A DNA stretch of 24,887 nucleotides from an uncultured Verrucomicrobiota bacterium (GCA_964624095.1 CAZUYI010000001.1:1-24887), one strand, 5' to 3'. Counted from the first letter of the stretch, positions 17,003-24,869 are shown. Program-made: numbers and translations. Notes: a model not told the origin generated them from the letters alone.

Positions 17003-18217
17003 ATGTCAACCAGCCGCGAACAGGAATCCAACCGCATGACGCGACGGACCTGTCCGCGGGCCGGGCCGGACGCGGCGTCCGCCCGGCACCTCGAGGCCGC
17101 GCGGATACAGGCGACCCAAAAACTGGCTTCTTTCGTGGACCGCTCACAGACGGTCGGCCTGGCCGTGGCGGCGGTAACTAACGGGGCGCTGGTCTATACG
17201 GCCTCGTTCGGAAGGAAGTCCCTCGAGGAGGATATCCCCCTGCGGGACGGCGACCTGTTCCGGATCGCCTCCGTGTCCAAGTCCTTTACCGCGACCGCGC
17301 TGCTGCGCCTGCTCGACCAGGGGACACTCCGCCTGGACGACGATGCCGGCGAACGGGCGGGCATGCCGATACGGAACCCGAAGCATCCCGGGCTCCCCAT
17401 CACGGTCAGAATGCTGCTGTCGCACACCTCGAGCCTCAACGATTCGCGCGGCTACGGCAGCTTGGACCTGATCAATCCGGCGGCCGGCCCCGACTGGGCC
17501 CGCTCGTACCGCGACGAGGCGCCCGGCGCGCGCTACGAATACGCCAATATCGGGTTCCATCTCCTGGGCGCCATCATCGAACGGGTCTCGGGCACGCGGT
17601 TCGACCGGTTCGTCCGGCAGAGTGTGATCGCCCCACTGGCGCTCTATGCCAGTTTCAACCCCGATGACTTGGATCGGAGCCGGTTCGCCACGCTGTATAG
17701 CCCCGACCCGACGGCGCGCACGGCGGCGGGACGTCCGGCTTTCAGGCCGCAACCGGCTGCCTACCAGAGCCCGGCCGAGCAGATAGACGCCAACTATCGA
17801 ATGGGCTACAGCACGCCCCTGTTTTCCCCGACCGGCGGCCTCAAGATTTCGGCCCGCGACCTGGCCCGGTACATGCTGATGCACATGAATGCTGGCGCGG
17901 ACCCGGCGACGGGAACCCGGATTCTGAACAAAGAAACCGCCCGGCTGATGCAGACTGACGCGGTACAAATTGACCCCCACAACTCTTACTGCCTGGCCCT
18001 GAGGCATACCTTGAACCTGATACCCGGAGAAAGAATGACCGGTCATACAGGCTCGGCCTACGGGCTGATCAGCGCCCTGTTCTTCGAACCCGAAAAGAAG
18101 TTCGGATTCGTGATGATGACCAACGGCGTCACGCCTGAATACGCCCGAAAGACAGACGGATATGCCCGCATCCAGCGCGAGGTGATAACGCTCCTGCACG
18201 ACAGCTTCATCCGCTGA
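17003..18217 (+). CDS. Serine hydrolase, beta-lactamase class C-related family (alternative start 17036)
   Basis: SxxK (FRIASVSKSFT), LLSHTSSL, YxN (YEYANIG), and HTG (GHTGSAYG). Confidence 0.9.
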   Translation: MSTSREQESNRMTRRTCPRAGPDAASARHLEAARIQATQKLASFVDRSQTVGLAVAAVTNGALVYTASFGRKSLEEDIPLRDGDLFRIASVSKSFTATALLRLLDQGTLRLDDDAGERAGMPIRNPKHPGLPITVRMLLSHTSSLNDSRGYGSLDLINPAAGPDWARSYRDEAPGARYEYANIGFHLLGAIIERVSGTRFDRFVRQSVIAPLALYASFNPDDLDRSRFATLYSPDPTARTAAGRPAFRPQPAAYQSPAEQIDANYRMGYSTPLFSPTGGLKISARDLARYMLMHMNAGADPATGTRILNKETARLMQTDAVQIDPHNSYCLALRHTLNLIPGERMTGHTGSAYGLISALFFEPEKKFGFVMMTNGVTPEYARKTDGYARIQREVITLLHDSFIR

Positions 18218-18406
18218 CCGGCTGCGCCTCGAGTCATCCGACTGGTCCCGGCCGGAATAACCGGTGCGCGCAACAAACCATGCGCGGAGCACATGGGCCA
18301 CACAGGATTCCTGAGACCAAGGCGTCAGCGGCGTCCCATGACATCCGCGCGCTCCCGGCCCGCAGTATCCGCGAGAACCTAAGCGCTATGCTTCCCTCTA
18401 TTCTTT

Positions 18407-18436
18407 TTGACTCGTTGGCCTCGGTTGGGCTACGCT
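18407..18436 (+). promoter_or_regulatory. Candidate sigma70 promoter directly abutting ATG 18444
   Basis: TTGACT (18407-18412)-N18-TACGCT (18431-18436), preceded by a T-rich tract. Confidence 0.45.
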
Positions 18437-18443
18437 TTGCCCT

Positions 18444-20006
18444 ATGACTACCATCCTTTTTCTCGCATTCGATCCGCGTGTATCCGCGCCGCCCGGAACG
18501 CGACCCCGCGCCCGGGCCATGCCCCGTCGTGTGCTCGCGGTGGCCGCCGGCGCCCTGTCGCTCGTATGCGCCGCCCCGCTCCGCGCCGCCGCGCCCCGGG
18601 ACGAGGTCACGTACATGGCCGTCATGATCAACGACGAGAAAACCGGCTATGTCAGCCAGGAACGGCGCGCCGTCGAGGGCAAGGTCACGACGGCCGTCCG
18701 GACCGTGCTGACCGTGACGCGGGGCGGCGCGGGCATGACCATCACCCAGGAGCAGGTCTCGATCGAGTCGGAGGCCGGCGCCGCCCTGGGCTTCGAGAGC
18801 GTCATGAACATGGGTCTGGTCGAGAACCGCCTGAGCGGCACGATCGGGCCCGACGGCAAGTTGAAGGTCACCCAGGCGATGGGCGACCGGAAAAAAGAGT
18901 TCACGCTCGACTGGCCCGCGGGTGCGCTCCTGGCGGAAGGGGCGCGACTCGAGCAGCTCCGGCGCGGTCTCAAGGCCGGCACCGAATACGAGATCGTCCT
19001 ATTCATGCCCGAGGTGCTGACGGCCATGCCGACGCATGTGACCGTGGGCGAAAAGGAAAAACTCGATTTGCTGGGCCGCATCGTCGAGGGCGTCAAGGTG
19101 ACGACCCTCAGCCGCATGGGCGGGGCGGAGATTCCCGCGGTGTCCTACGTGGACGAGCAGGGCGACGCCCTGCGCATGGACATGAACCTCATGGGCATGC
19201 AGTTCTCCGCCTTGCAGTGCGACCAGGCCTTTGCCGTGAGCCCGGTCCGGACCACGCGGGACTTCCTGGCCGCGTCGCTGGTCCCCTGCCCAGCGCCGAT
19301 CCCGGCCGACGCGGCCCGCACGGTGTTCACCCTCAAGCCGAAGCCCGGCAGGAAGGTTTCCCTCCCGACCACCGATTCCCAGCACGTCGTGACCACGCCC
19401 GACGGCGCGTTGACGGTGACCGTGTCGCGGCTGAAAGCCCCGCCCGGCCACGCGAGGCCCTATGCGGGCGGCCACCCGGAGGCGCAGGCCGCGCTGACGC
19501 CCGCCCGCTTTATCCAGAGCGACGATCCGATGATCGTCGAGGCGGCCGGGAAGGCCGTCGGCGACGAGCCGGACGCCGGCGCCGCTGCCGCCAGGATCGC
19601 CGCCTGGGTCCACGCTCACATGAAGGACCGCAACCTCTCGGTCGGCTATGCCTCGGCCTCGGAAGTCATCCGGGCATTGGAAGGCGACTGCACCGAGCAC
19701 GCCGTGCTGACGGCCGCCCTTTGCCGCGCCGCCGGCATCCCGGCCCGCGTGGCCAACGGGCTGCTCTACATTGACGAGTTTTTGGGACGCCGGCAGGTTC
19801 TCGGCGGACATGCCTGGACCCAGGCCTTCGTCGGCGGCCGTTGGATTGACCTGGACGCCACGCGGCCGGACGCCACCACGGCCAATCGTATTTTGATGTC
19901 CACCGACACCGGCGAGCTCGTCGGCACCTTCGCCATGCTCAACAGCTTCGGCCTGTTCGACGTCGTGGCCGTGACGGCCCCCCCCGCCGCAGAATCGCCG
20001 AAGTGA
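18444..20006 (+). CDS. Secreted transglutaminase-like domain protein (alternative start 18519)
   Basis: Catalytic triad segments GDCTEHAVL...AAGIPAR, GHAWTQAF and WIDLDAT. The signal-like stretch RRVLAVAAGALSLVCAAPLRAA follows Met 18519. Confidence 0.88.
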   Translation: MTTILFLAFDPRVSAPPGTRPRARAMPRRVLAVAAGALSLVCAAPLRAAAPRDEVTYMAVMINDEKTGYVSQERRAVEGKVTTAVRTVLTVTRGGAGMTITQEQVSIESEAGAALGFESVMNMGLVENRLSGTIGPDGKLKVTQAMGDRKKEFTLDWPAGALLAEGARLEQLRRGLKAGTEYEIVLFMPEVLTAMPTHVTVGEKEKLDLLGRIVEGVKVTTLSRMGGAEIPAVSYVDEQGDALRMDMNLMGMQFSALQCDQAFAVSPVRTTRDFLAASLVPCPAPIPADAARTVFTLKPKPGRKVSLPTTDSQHVVTTPDGALTVTVSRLKAPPGHARPYAGGHPEAQAALTPARFIQSDDPMIVEAAGKAVGDEPDAGAAAARIAAWVHAHMKDRNLSVGYASASEVIRALEGDCTEHAVLTAALCRAAGIPARVANGLLYIDEFLGRRQVLGGHAWTQAFVGGRWIDLDATRPDATTANRILMSTDTGELVGTFAMLNSFGLFDVVAVTAPPAAESPK

Positions 20007-20183
20007 AAATCCGGTGGGAGCACCCGATTCATCGTCTGGCGAGCCCTATCCTCGTCCGGAATCCGGGCCACAGAGTCGAAGACCTCTTGAAAATAGATTC
20101 CGTTGCCCCCTCTTGTTTCGACTGGGCGGCGGCAGGGGTGGTCTATTTCGATTCCATGCATCAGCGTAGAGGCCGCGTTCTCC

Positions 20184-20210
20184 GGCGGGCCGGGACAGCC
20201 CCGGCCCGCC
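20184..20210 (+). terminator. 11-bp GC hairpin, possible terminator of the transglutaminase gene
   Basis: GGCGGGCCGGG-ACAGC-CCCGGCCCGCC followed by CGTTCTGCTT (weak U-tract). Confidence 0.35.
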
Positions 20211-20328
20211 CGTTCTGCTTGACCCCTCCACGCCGTTCCAGCTACCGTTTGACCCATGCAAGCGCTCCTTCGGGCCGGTCCCGGCGGGGGGCTCGCGCCG
20301 CACGAAAAGCGATTTCCTATCCGTTCTT

Positions 20329-20516
20329 ACCAACCAGGCGCTGTCGGCCGTCCGCCTCAGGAAGCAGGGCCACCGCCTGAAGAAAAGGTCCACTTCGTTC
20401 CCGAAAACATCGACCGTGAAACGGCCCGCCTCAAGTTCAAGGTCACGGAAATCCAGATCGACGTCCTGACCCGCGAGCAGAAGGCCTGCCTGGCCTCGTG
20501 GGAAGCGGGGATCTGA
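20329..20516 (+). pseudogene. ahcY: Adenosylhomocysteinase (SAH hydrolase) C-terminal fragment with a frameshift
   Basis: One frame reads TNQALSAVRLRKQGHRLKK (20329-20385). After a shift in the AAGAAAAG run it continues KVHFVPENIDRETARLKFKVTEIQIDVLTREQKACLASWEAGI*. Together this matches the AhcY tail pattern (SFANQAL...KVYxLPxEIDExVARLKL..xGxxIDxLTxEQxxYLxSW). No catalytic or NAD-binding domains precede it. Confidence 0.82.
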
Positions 20517-20530
20517 TCGGAGCGCCGACA

Positions 20531-21589
20531 ATGCCGACAGACACGATGACGCCCAGGGAACGCTGGCTGGCCGTGCTGCGCCGCGAGAGGCCGGACCGCG
20601 TGCCGATGGATTACTGGGCGACCGGCGAGGCCACCCGGAAGCTGCGGCAGCATGTGGGCTGCTCTGACACGGCCGAACTCTTCCGCCGCCTGCACATCGA
20701 CCGGCCGGTGTCGGTGAGCGGCAGGTACGTCGGACCTCCCCTCCCCCCTGACACCGATGTGTTCGGCTGCCGGCACCAGGCCGTTAACTACGGAACGGGG
20801 GTCTACTCGGAATGCGTCTATTCGCCGCTCCAGCCGTACTCCTCCGTCGAGGAGATCCTCCGGAACTACCGGTGGCCGGAGCCTGACTGGTACGACTATT
20901 CTGATCTCTCCAAACAGATCGAGGGCCGGGAGGAATACCCCGTGCAGGGCGGGGGCTCCGAGCCGTTCCTGATCTACAAGGCGCTCCGGGGGCAGGAGCA
21001 GGCGTTTGTCGACCTGATCGAAAACCCGGAGATGGTGCGCTACTGCCTCGACAAGCTCTATGGCCTAGCCTACGAGAACACCGCCCGCCTCTACGAGGCG
21101 ATTCCCGGGAAGGTCATGATTAGCTACGTGGCGGAAGATCTCGGGAGCCAGGAGGACCTCATGTATTCGCCGGACCAGATACGGGAGTTCTTCATCCCGT
21201 GGATGAAGAAGATGGTCCGGCTCGCGCAAGACGCGGGGGCCTTCGTGTTCCACCACAGCGATGGCGCCGTGAGGAAGATCATCCCAGACCTGATCGACGC
21301 CGGCATGGACGTGCTGAATCCCATTCAGTGGCGCTGCCGGGGGATGGAGAGGGAAGGCCTGAAGCGCGACTTCGGCGACAAGCTGGTCTTCCACGGCGGG
21401 GTGGACAACCAGCAGACGCTCGCCTTCGGGTCGGTGGAGGACGTGAGGCAGGAGGTTCTCGACGACCTCCGCATCCTCGGAGCCGGGGGCGGGTACATCC
21501 TGGCGCCCTGCCACAATATCCAGTCCGTCAGCCCGCCCGAGAACATAGTCGCCCTCTACGAAACCGGCTACCGCCACGGCTGGTCGTGA
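20531..21589 (+). CDS. Uroporphyrinogen decarboxylase-like (URO-D/MtaA-CmuA superfamily) protein (352 aa)
   Basis: MTPRERWLAVLRRERPDRVP, AEDLGSQEDLMYSP, FHHSDG, LNPIQ, FHGGVDNQ and GGGYILAPCHNIQ. It lacks the HemE RQAGRY motif. GGAG precedes ATG 20531. Confidence 0.88.
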   Translation: MPTDTMTPRERWLAVLRRERPDRVPMDYWATGEATRKLRQHVGCSDTAELFRRLHIDRPVSVSGRYVGPPLPPDTDVFGCRHQAVNYGTGVYSECVYSPLQPYSSVEEILRNYRWPEPDWYDYSDLSKQIEGREEYPVQGGGSEPFLIYKALRGQEQAFVDLIENPEMVRYCLDKLYGLAYENTARLYEAIPGKVMISYVAEDLGSQEDLMYSPDQIREFFIPWMKKMVRLAQDAGAFVFHHSDGAVRKIIPDLIDAGMDVLNPIQWRCRGMEREGLKRDFGDKLVFHGGVDNQQTLAFGSVEDVRQEVLDDLRILGAGGGYILAPCHNIQSVSPPENIVALYETGYRHGWS

Positions 21590-21716
21590 GGCCGTCCGGT
21601 GCCTGTTTCGCTTGAGAGAAGACGCGAAGCGAGCGAAGGACGGTAGGGGCTAAACAGGATATGGGCTTGTCACTTCTATGCGTTGGACGATCCGGCGGGT
21701 CACCAGGCACTCCACG

Positions 21717-22817
21717 TTAACACACATGCTTCTTTTTCAACCCATGAGGCGAATCGCCCCATTCACCGTAGCCGATCTCGGCGCCCGCCGCACGAATGCG
21801 TCTTTCAAGACAGTCCTTGCAGTGGCGGGCATTTTCGTCAAGACAGGGCTTGTTGTCATACAGCTGATAGAACTTCCGGTACTCCGTCGGCGTGATATTG
21901 GGCATAATAATATTAGCGCCCGCCAAAACCCCTTTTTCCCTTCCCTCCGGGTCCAGGGTCTGAAGCGCGGTCGTCGCCGCGATATTTACGTCCTTGAGAA
22001 CAAGGCGCGTGAGCGCGATCATCACAAGCCCTAACCGAAAGCTTTCAGAAGAGTCGTATGCCCCCCCTGCAAAGGCCGGGCCTTTGCCTTCAGAACAAAG
22101 ATCCGGTCTTTGTAGGGTTCCCAGCGGAGTGTCTTCATGCGGCACATAAGGACCCATGCCGATCATATCGACATCCTCGTCCTTGAAGAACTGAATGTCG
22201 TTGGCAAGGGTCTCGCGTGTCTGGAACGGGAGTCCGATCATGACGCCGGTCCCGACCTGATAGCCGATCTTCCGGAGAATCCGAAGGCATTCCCGGCGCG
22301 CTTCAAAGGAATGATCTTCAGGGTGAAAACGCTTATAGAGCGCGGGATCGCTCGTTTCGATCCTTAAAAGATAACGGTGAGCACCGGCTTTAAACCACCG
22401 CTCATAGGTCCCGGCTGCCTGTTCCCCAAGTGAAAGCGTAATCCCCAGCTTGCCGGAGGTTACGGTTTTGATCATCCTGAGAATATCCTCGATGAATCGG
22501 ACATAAGGCTCATCCTGCCGCTCGCCGGACTGGAGAACGATCGAGCCGTAGTTCATCTCATGGGCCGTTTTCGCGCATTCCAGGATCTCGGCTTCATCCA
22601 TAGAAAACCGGCGGACGTTCGGATTGCTCTTCCGGATACCGCAATAATAGCAATCCTTCACGCAGAGATTGCTAAACTCGATGATGCCCCGAAAATAGAC
22701 CTTGGGCCCCACGTGTCGGACGGCACACGTACGCGCCTCCCGGAAAAGCTCGTTGAGCTTCTCTGGATCTTTTTCGTCCAGCCAATCCCGCATTTCTTTT
22801 TGGGTTATTTCCGACAT
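21717..22817 (-). CDS. hydE: [FeFe]-hydrogenase H-cluster maturation radical SAM protein HydE (366 aa)
   Basis: RGIIEFSNLCVKDCYYCGIR (CX3CX2C), LGITLSLGE, RYLLRIETSD, GTGVMIGLP, GMGPYVPHEDTPL, NIAATTAL, GANIIMPN and YQLYDNKPC, plus a C-terminal CX7CX2C. Confidence 0.85.
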   Translation of the reverse strand: MSEITQKEMRDWLDEKDPEKLNELFREARTCAVRHVGPKVYFRGIIEFSNLCVKDCYYCGIRKSNPNVRRFSMDEAEILECAKTAHEMNYGSIVLQSGERQDEPYVRFIEDILRMIKTVTSGKLGITLSLGEQAAGTYERWFKAGAHRYLLRIETSDPALYKRFHPEDHSFEARRECLRILRKIGYQVGTGVMIGLPFQTRETLANDIQFFKDEDVDMIGMGPYVPHEDTPLGTLQRPDLCSEGKGPAFAGGAYDSSESFRLGLVMIALTRLVLKDVNIAATTALQTLDPEGREKGVLAGANIIMPNITPTEYRKFYQLYDNKPCLDENARHCKDCLERRIRAAGAEIGYGEWGDSPHGLKKKHVC

Positions 22818-22948
22818 CGCGCACTTCTCTTCTTTAGGTACGGGGTACGGCGTAAATAGGTTCTATTGCTAAAAGGAAAAGGGGTTCAAAGAAGAAACGC
22901 ACCGGCTATCCCTGTGAGTTGGGAAAAACCACAACAGGAGAAAGCCGC

Positions 22949-23170
22949 ATGCGTTTCGTTCTTGAGGAGTAAATTTACCTGAATCTCGCTGTGGAGGCAA
23001 GGTTGAAAGTTGTCAGGCGAAGATCGCGTTACTCGACCATTGACAAGCCCGTGAAGTTCGGGCACGCCGCGTGGCAGGCGCAGAGTCGAAGCAAGTTCAT
23101 CACGGATGACGAGGTGATGGGAGAGAAGATCCCGGATGCGGCCTTGCTTGAAGACCGGAATCGGGCATGA
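22949..23170 (+). pseudogene. Possible gene relic of unknown family with a premature stop at codon 8
   Basis: AGGAG-N7-ATG, then MRFVLEE*IYLNLAVEARLKVVRRRSRYSTIDKPVKFGHAAWQAQSRSKFITDDEVMGEKIPDAALLEDRNRA*. The frame is 74 codons with one internal TAA and coding-like codon usage in the 3' half. Confidence 0.3.
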
Positions 23171-23205
23171 GCAGTCCCTCCCCAAAAAAAATATCGAAAA
23201 AAGGC

Positions 23206-23233
23206 TTGCACCGCTGACTGCTTCAGGTACTAT
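23206..23233 (+). promoter_or_regulatory. Sigma70 promoter of the Rrf2-cysK operon
   Basis: TTGCAC-N16-TACTAT with upstream A-tracts (UP-element-like, 23184-23202). Confidence 0.6.
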
Positions 23234-23256
23234 CTAGTCGGTCGATAGATTATCTA
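23228..23256. promoter_or_regulatory. Candidate Rrf2 autoregulatory operator overlapping the -10 element
   Basis: TACTATCTAGTCGGTCGATAGATTATCTA contains the dyads CTATC-N9-GATAG and ATCTA-N9-TAGAT. Confidence 0.45.
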
Positions 23257-23270
23257 GAGGGCTTTTGACC

Positions 23271-23714
23271 ATGAGAGTCTCAACCAAAGGGCGGTACGGC
23301 GTGCGGTTCATGATGGACCTTGCGGAACACGAGAAAGAAGGGAATGTGACGCTACGGGAGGTGTCACGGCGGCAGGCCATCTCCGAGAAGTATCTGTGGC
23401 AAGTCGTTACCCCCCTGAAAAAGGCGGGACTCATCCGGGCCGTCGCGGGTCCGGGGGGTGGATACGCCCTCATCAGGGCGGCGACAAGCATCACGCTTCG
23501 CGACATCCTCGCGGTGCTCGAAGGAGACGATGCTCTGGTTGCCTGCACGAACGAGCCCGCCATATGCCCGCGCAGTAATGCATGCGCATCACGCGAGGTC
23601 TGGAAGGAAGTGGGGGCGAAACTAACCTCAGCGCTGGACTCCATCACGCTGGACGAGATGGCCCAGAAACAGCGCGCCATGACGCAGAGGTCCGTGCCCG
23701 AGTACTTCATATAG
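23271..23714 (+). CDS. Rrf2 family transcriptional regulator (IscR/CymR-like, 147 aa)
   Basis: MRVSTKGRYGVRFMMDLA, wHTH ISEKYLWQVVTPLKKAGLI..GPGGGYAL, ITLRDIL..LEG, and Cys cluster CTNEPAICPRSNAC. Confidence 0.93.
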   Translation: MRVSTKGRYGVRFMMDLAEHEKEGNVTLREVSRRQAISEKYLWQVVTPLKKAGLIRAVAGPGGGYALIRAATSITLRDILAVLEGDDALVACTNEPAICPRSNACASREVWKEVGAKLTSALDSITLDEMAQKQRAMTQRSVPEYFI

Positions 23715-23724
23715 GAGAAACGAC

Positions 23725-23880
23725 ATGCCTGGCAACAACACGTTGCCGTCGTGACCGGATCGGGCATGGCGGCGGTCACCGACTCCCTGCTCGCACTCTG
23801 CCGTGCGGGAGACGGGATCATCTCGGGAAATTCACTCTTCATGTCCACGTTCCTGCCAGCAGCAGTTTGAACCCGAATAG
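23725..23880 (+). pseudogene. Collapsed relic of a Cys/Met-metabolism PLP enzyme (O-acetylhomoserine sulfhydrylase MetY / MetB-like)
   Basis: Frame 23742-23870 reads VAVVTGSGMAAVTDSLLALCRAGDGIISGNSLFMSTF, the family's SGMAA...GDxI..xxLY/FxxT segment. A strong AGGAG+ATG at 23725 and a TAG at 23878-23880 remain in a different frame. Confidence 0.75.
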
Positions 23881-23892
23881 GAGCAAGCGGCG

Positions 23893-24840
23893 ATGAACAT
23901 GCACGACGACATTACACGCACAGTAGGCGGAACCCCCCTCGTCCGGATCGGCACCCTGATCAAAGGCGGCGGCACCGTGCTGGCGAAGATGGAGAGTCAC
24001 AATCCACTGGCCTCGGTCAAGGACCGCATCGGCGTCTCCATGATTTCCGCTGCCGAGCGGGAGGGCAAGATTCGCCCCACGACCCTCATTATCGAGCCCA
24101 CGAGCGGGAACACCGGAATTGCCTTGGCCTTCGTGTGCGCGGCGCGGGGCTACCGACTCCTGTTGACCATGCCGGAGTCCATGAGCCTGGAGCGGCGGAA
24201 GGTTCTGAAGGCATTGGGCGCGGAAGTGGTTCTGACGCCGGCGCACGAGGGCATGCCGGGCGCGGTGCGCAGGGCCTTGGAGATTGCCCAAGCCGAGAAG
24301 GATGCGTTCGTGCCGCAGCAGTTCGAGAATCCGGCCAATCCTGAGATTCACCGTCGGACGACGGCCAAGGAGATCTGGGACGATACGGACGGCAAGGCAG
24401 ATATCCTCGTCTGCGGCGTAGGCACAGGCGGCACGATCACCGGAGTCGCGGAAGCCATCAAGGCTCGCAGACCTTCTTTCAAGGCCGTGGCGGTGGAGCC
24501 GGCGCAAAGCCCGGTCATCGCGCAGACGCTTGCGGGCCAGACGCTCACGCCGGGGCCCCACAAGATCCAAGGCATCGGCGCCGGTTTCATTCCCAAGGTA
24601 TTGAACCTCAAAATACTGGACGAAGTGATCGCCGTGGACCAGGTAGAAGCCATCGAGTGGGCGCGCCGCGCAGCCAAGGAAGAAGGTTTGTTTGTGGGGA
24701 TTTCCAGCGGTGCGGCGCTGCGTGCCGCGGCACTTGTGGCCGCCCGTCCCGAAAACAAGGACAAGCTGATCGTCGCGATCATTCCCAGCTTCGGCGAGCG
24801 ATACCTTTCCACGGCGCTCTTCGAGCACATCACGGGGTGA
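23893..24840 (+). CDS. cysK: Cysteine synthase A (O-acetylserine sulfhydrylase, 315 aa)
   Basis: [17 protein letters not shown] (PLP Lys), [37 protein letters not shown] and [18 protein letters not shown]. Confidence 0.96.
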   Translation: MNMHDDITRTVGGTPLVRIGTLIKGGGTVLAKMESHNPLASVKDRIGVSMISAAEREGKIRPTTLIIEPTSGNTGIALAFVCAARGYRLLLTMPESMSLERRKVLKALGAEVVLTPAHEGMPGAVRRALEIAQAEKDAFVPQQFENPANPEIHRRTTAKEIWDDTDGKADILVCGVGTGGTITGVAEAIKARRPSFKAVAVEPAQSPVIAQTLAGQTLTPGPHKIQGIGAGFIPKVLNLKILDEVIAVDQVEAIEWARRAAKEEGLFVGISSGAALRAAALVAARPENKDKLIVAIIPSFGERYLSTALFEHITG

Positions 24841-24869
24841 GCAAGAAGCGGAAGACGGGAGAGCCACTC

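Noticed and set aside
17003-18217. Calling the serine hydrolase an antibiotic-resistance beta-lactamase
   Set aside because: SxxK/YxN/HTG motifs are shared by many esterases and D-peptidases. There is no clear signal peptide and no resistance context.
20255-20274. Minus-strand GAAGGAGCGCTTGCA resembling the SAH riboswitch core near the ahcY relic
   Set aside because: It is on the wrong strand, sits next to the 3' end of the gene rather than the 5' end, and I could not find the remaining SAH-riboswitch helices.
20003-20516. ORFs 20003-20380 and 20256-20516 as intact genes
   Set aside because: The first has no recognisable features. The second is explained by the AhcY tail joined to a non-coding N-terminal stretch.
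21717-22817. Calling the radical SAM gene bioB or pylB
   Set aside because: The HydE-type motifs (RYLLRIET, NIAATTAL, GANIIMPN, YQLY..K.C) and the C-terminal CX7CX2C fit HydE better, and no bio or pyl genes are nearby.
21663-23050. 10-bp inverted repeat GGGCTTGTCA / TGACAAGCCC flanking hydE as mobile-element ends
   Set aside because: A match this short is expected by chance over this span, and there is no transposase or target-site duplication.
22886-23185. 99-aa minus-strand ORF upstream of hydE as a TM1266-type hydrogenase regulator
   Set aside because: The resemblance is vague, the start codon is poor, there is no RBS, and it is the in-register antisense of a more coding-like plus-strand frame.
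23582-23896. 104-aa ORF spanning the Rrf2 end and the spacer
   Set aside because: It overlaps Rrf2 out of frame. The meaningful similarity in this spacer lies in a different frame (MetY-like relic).
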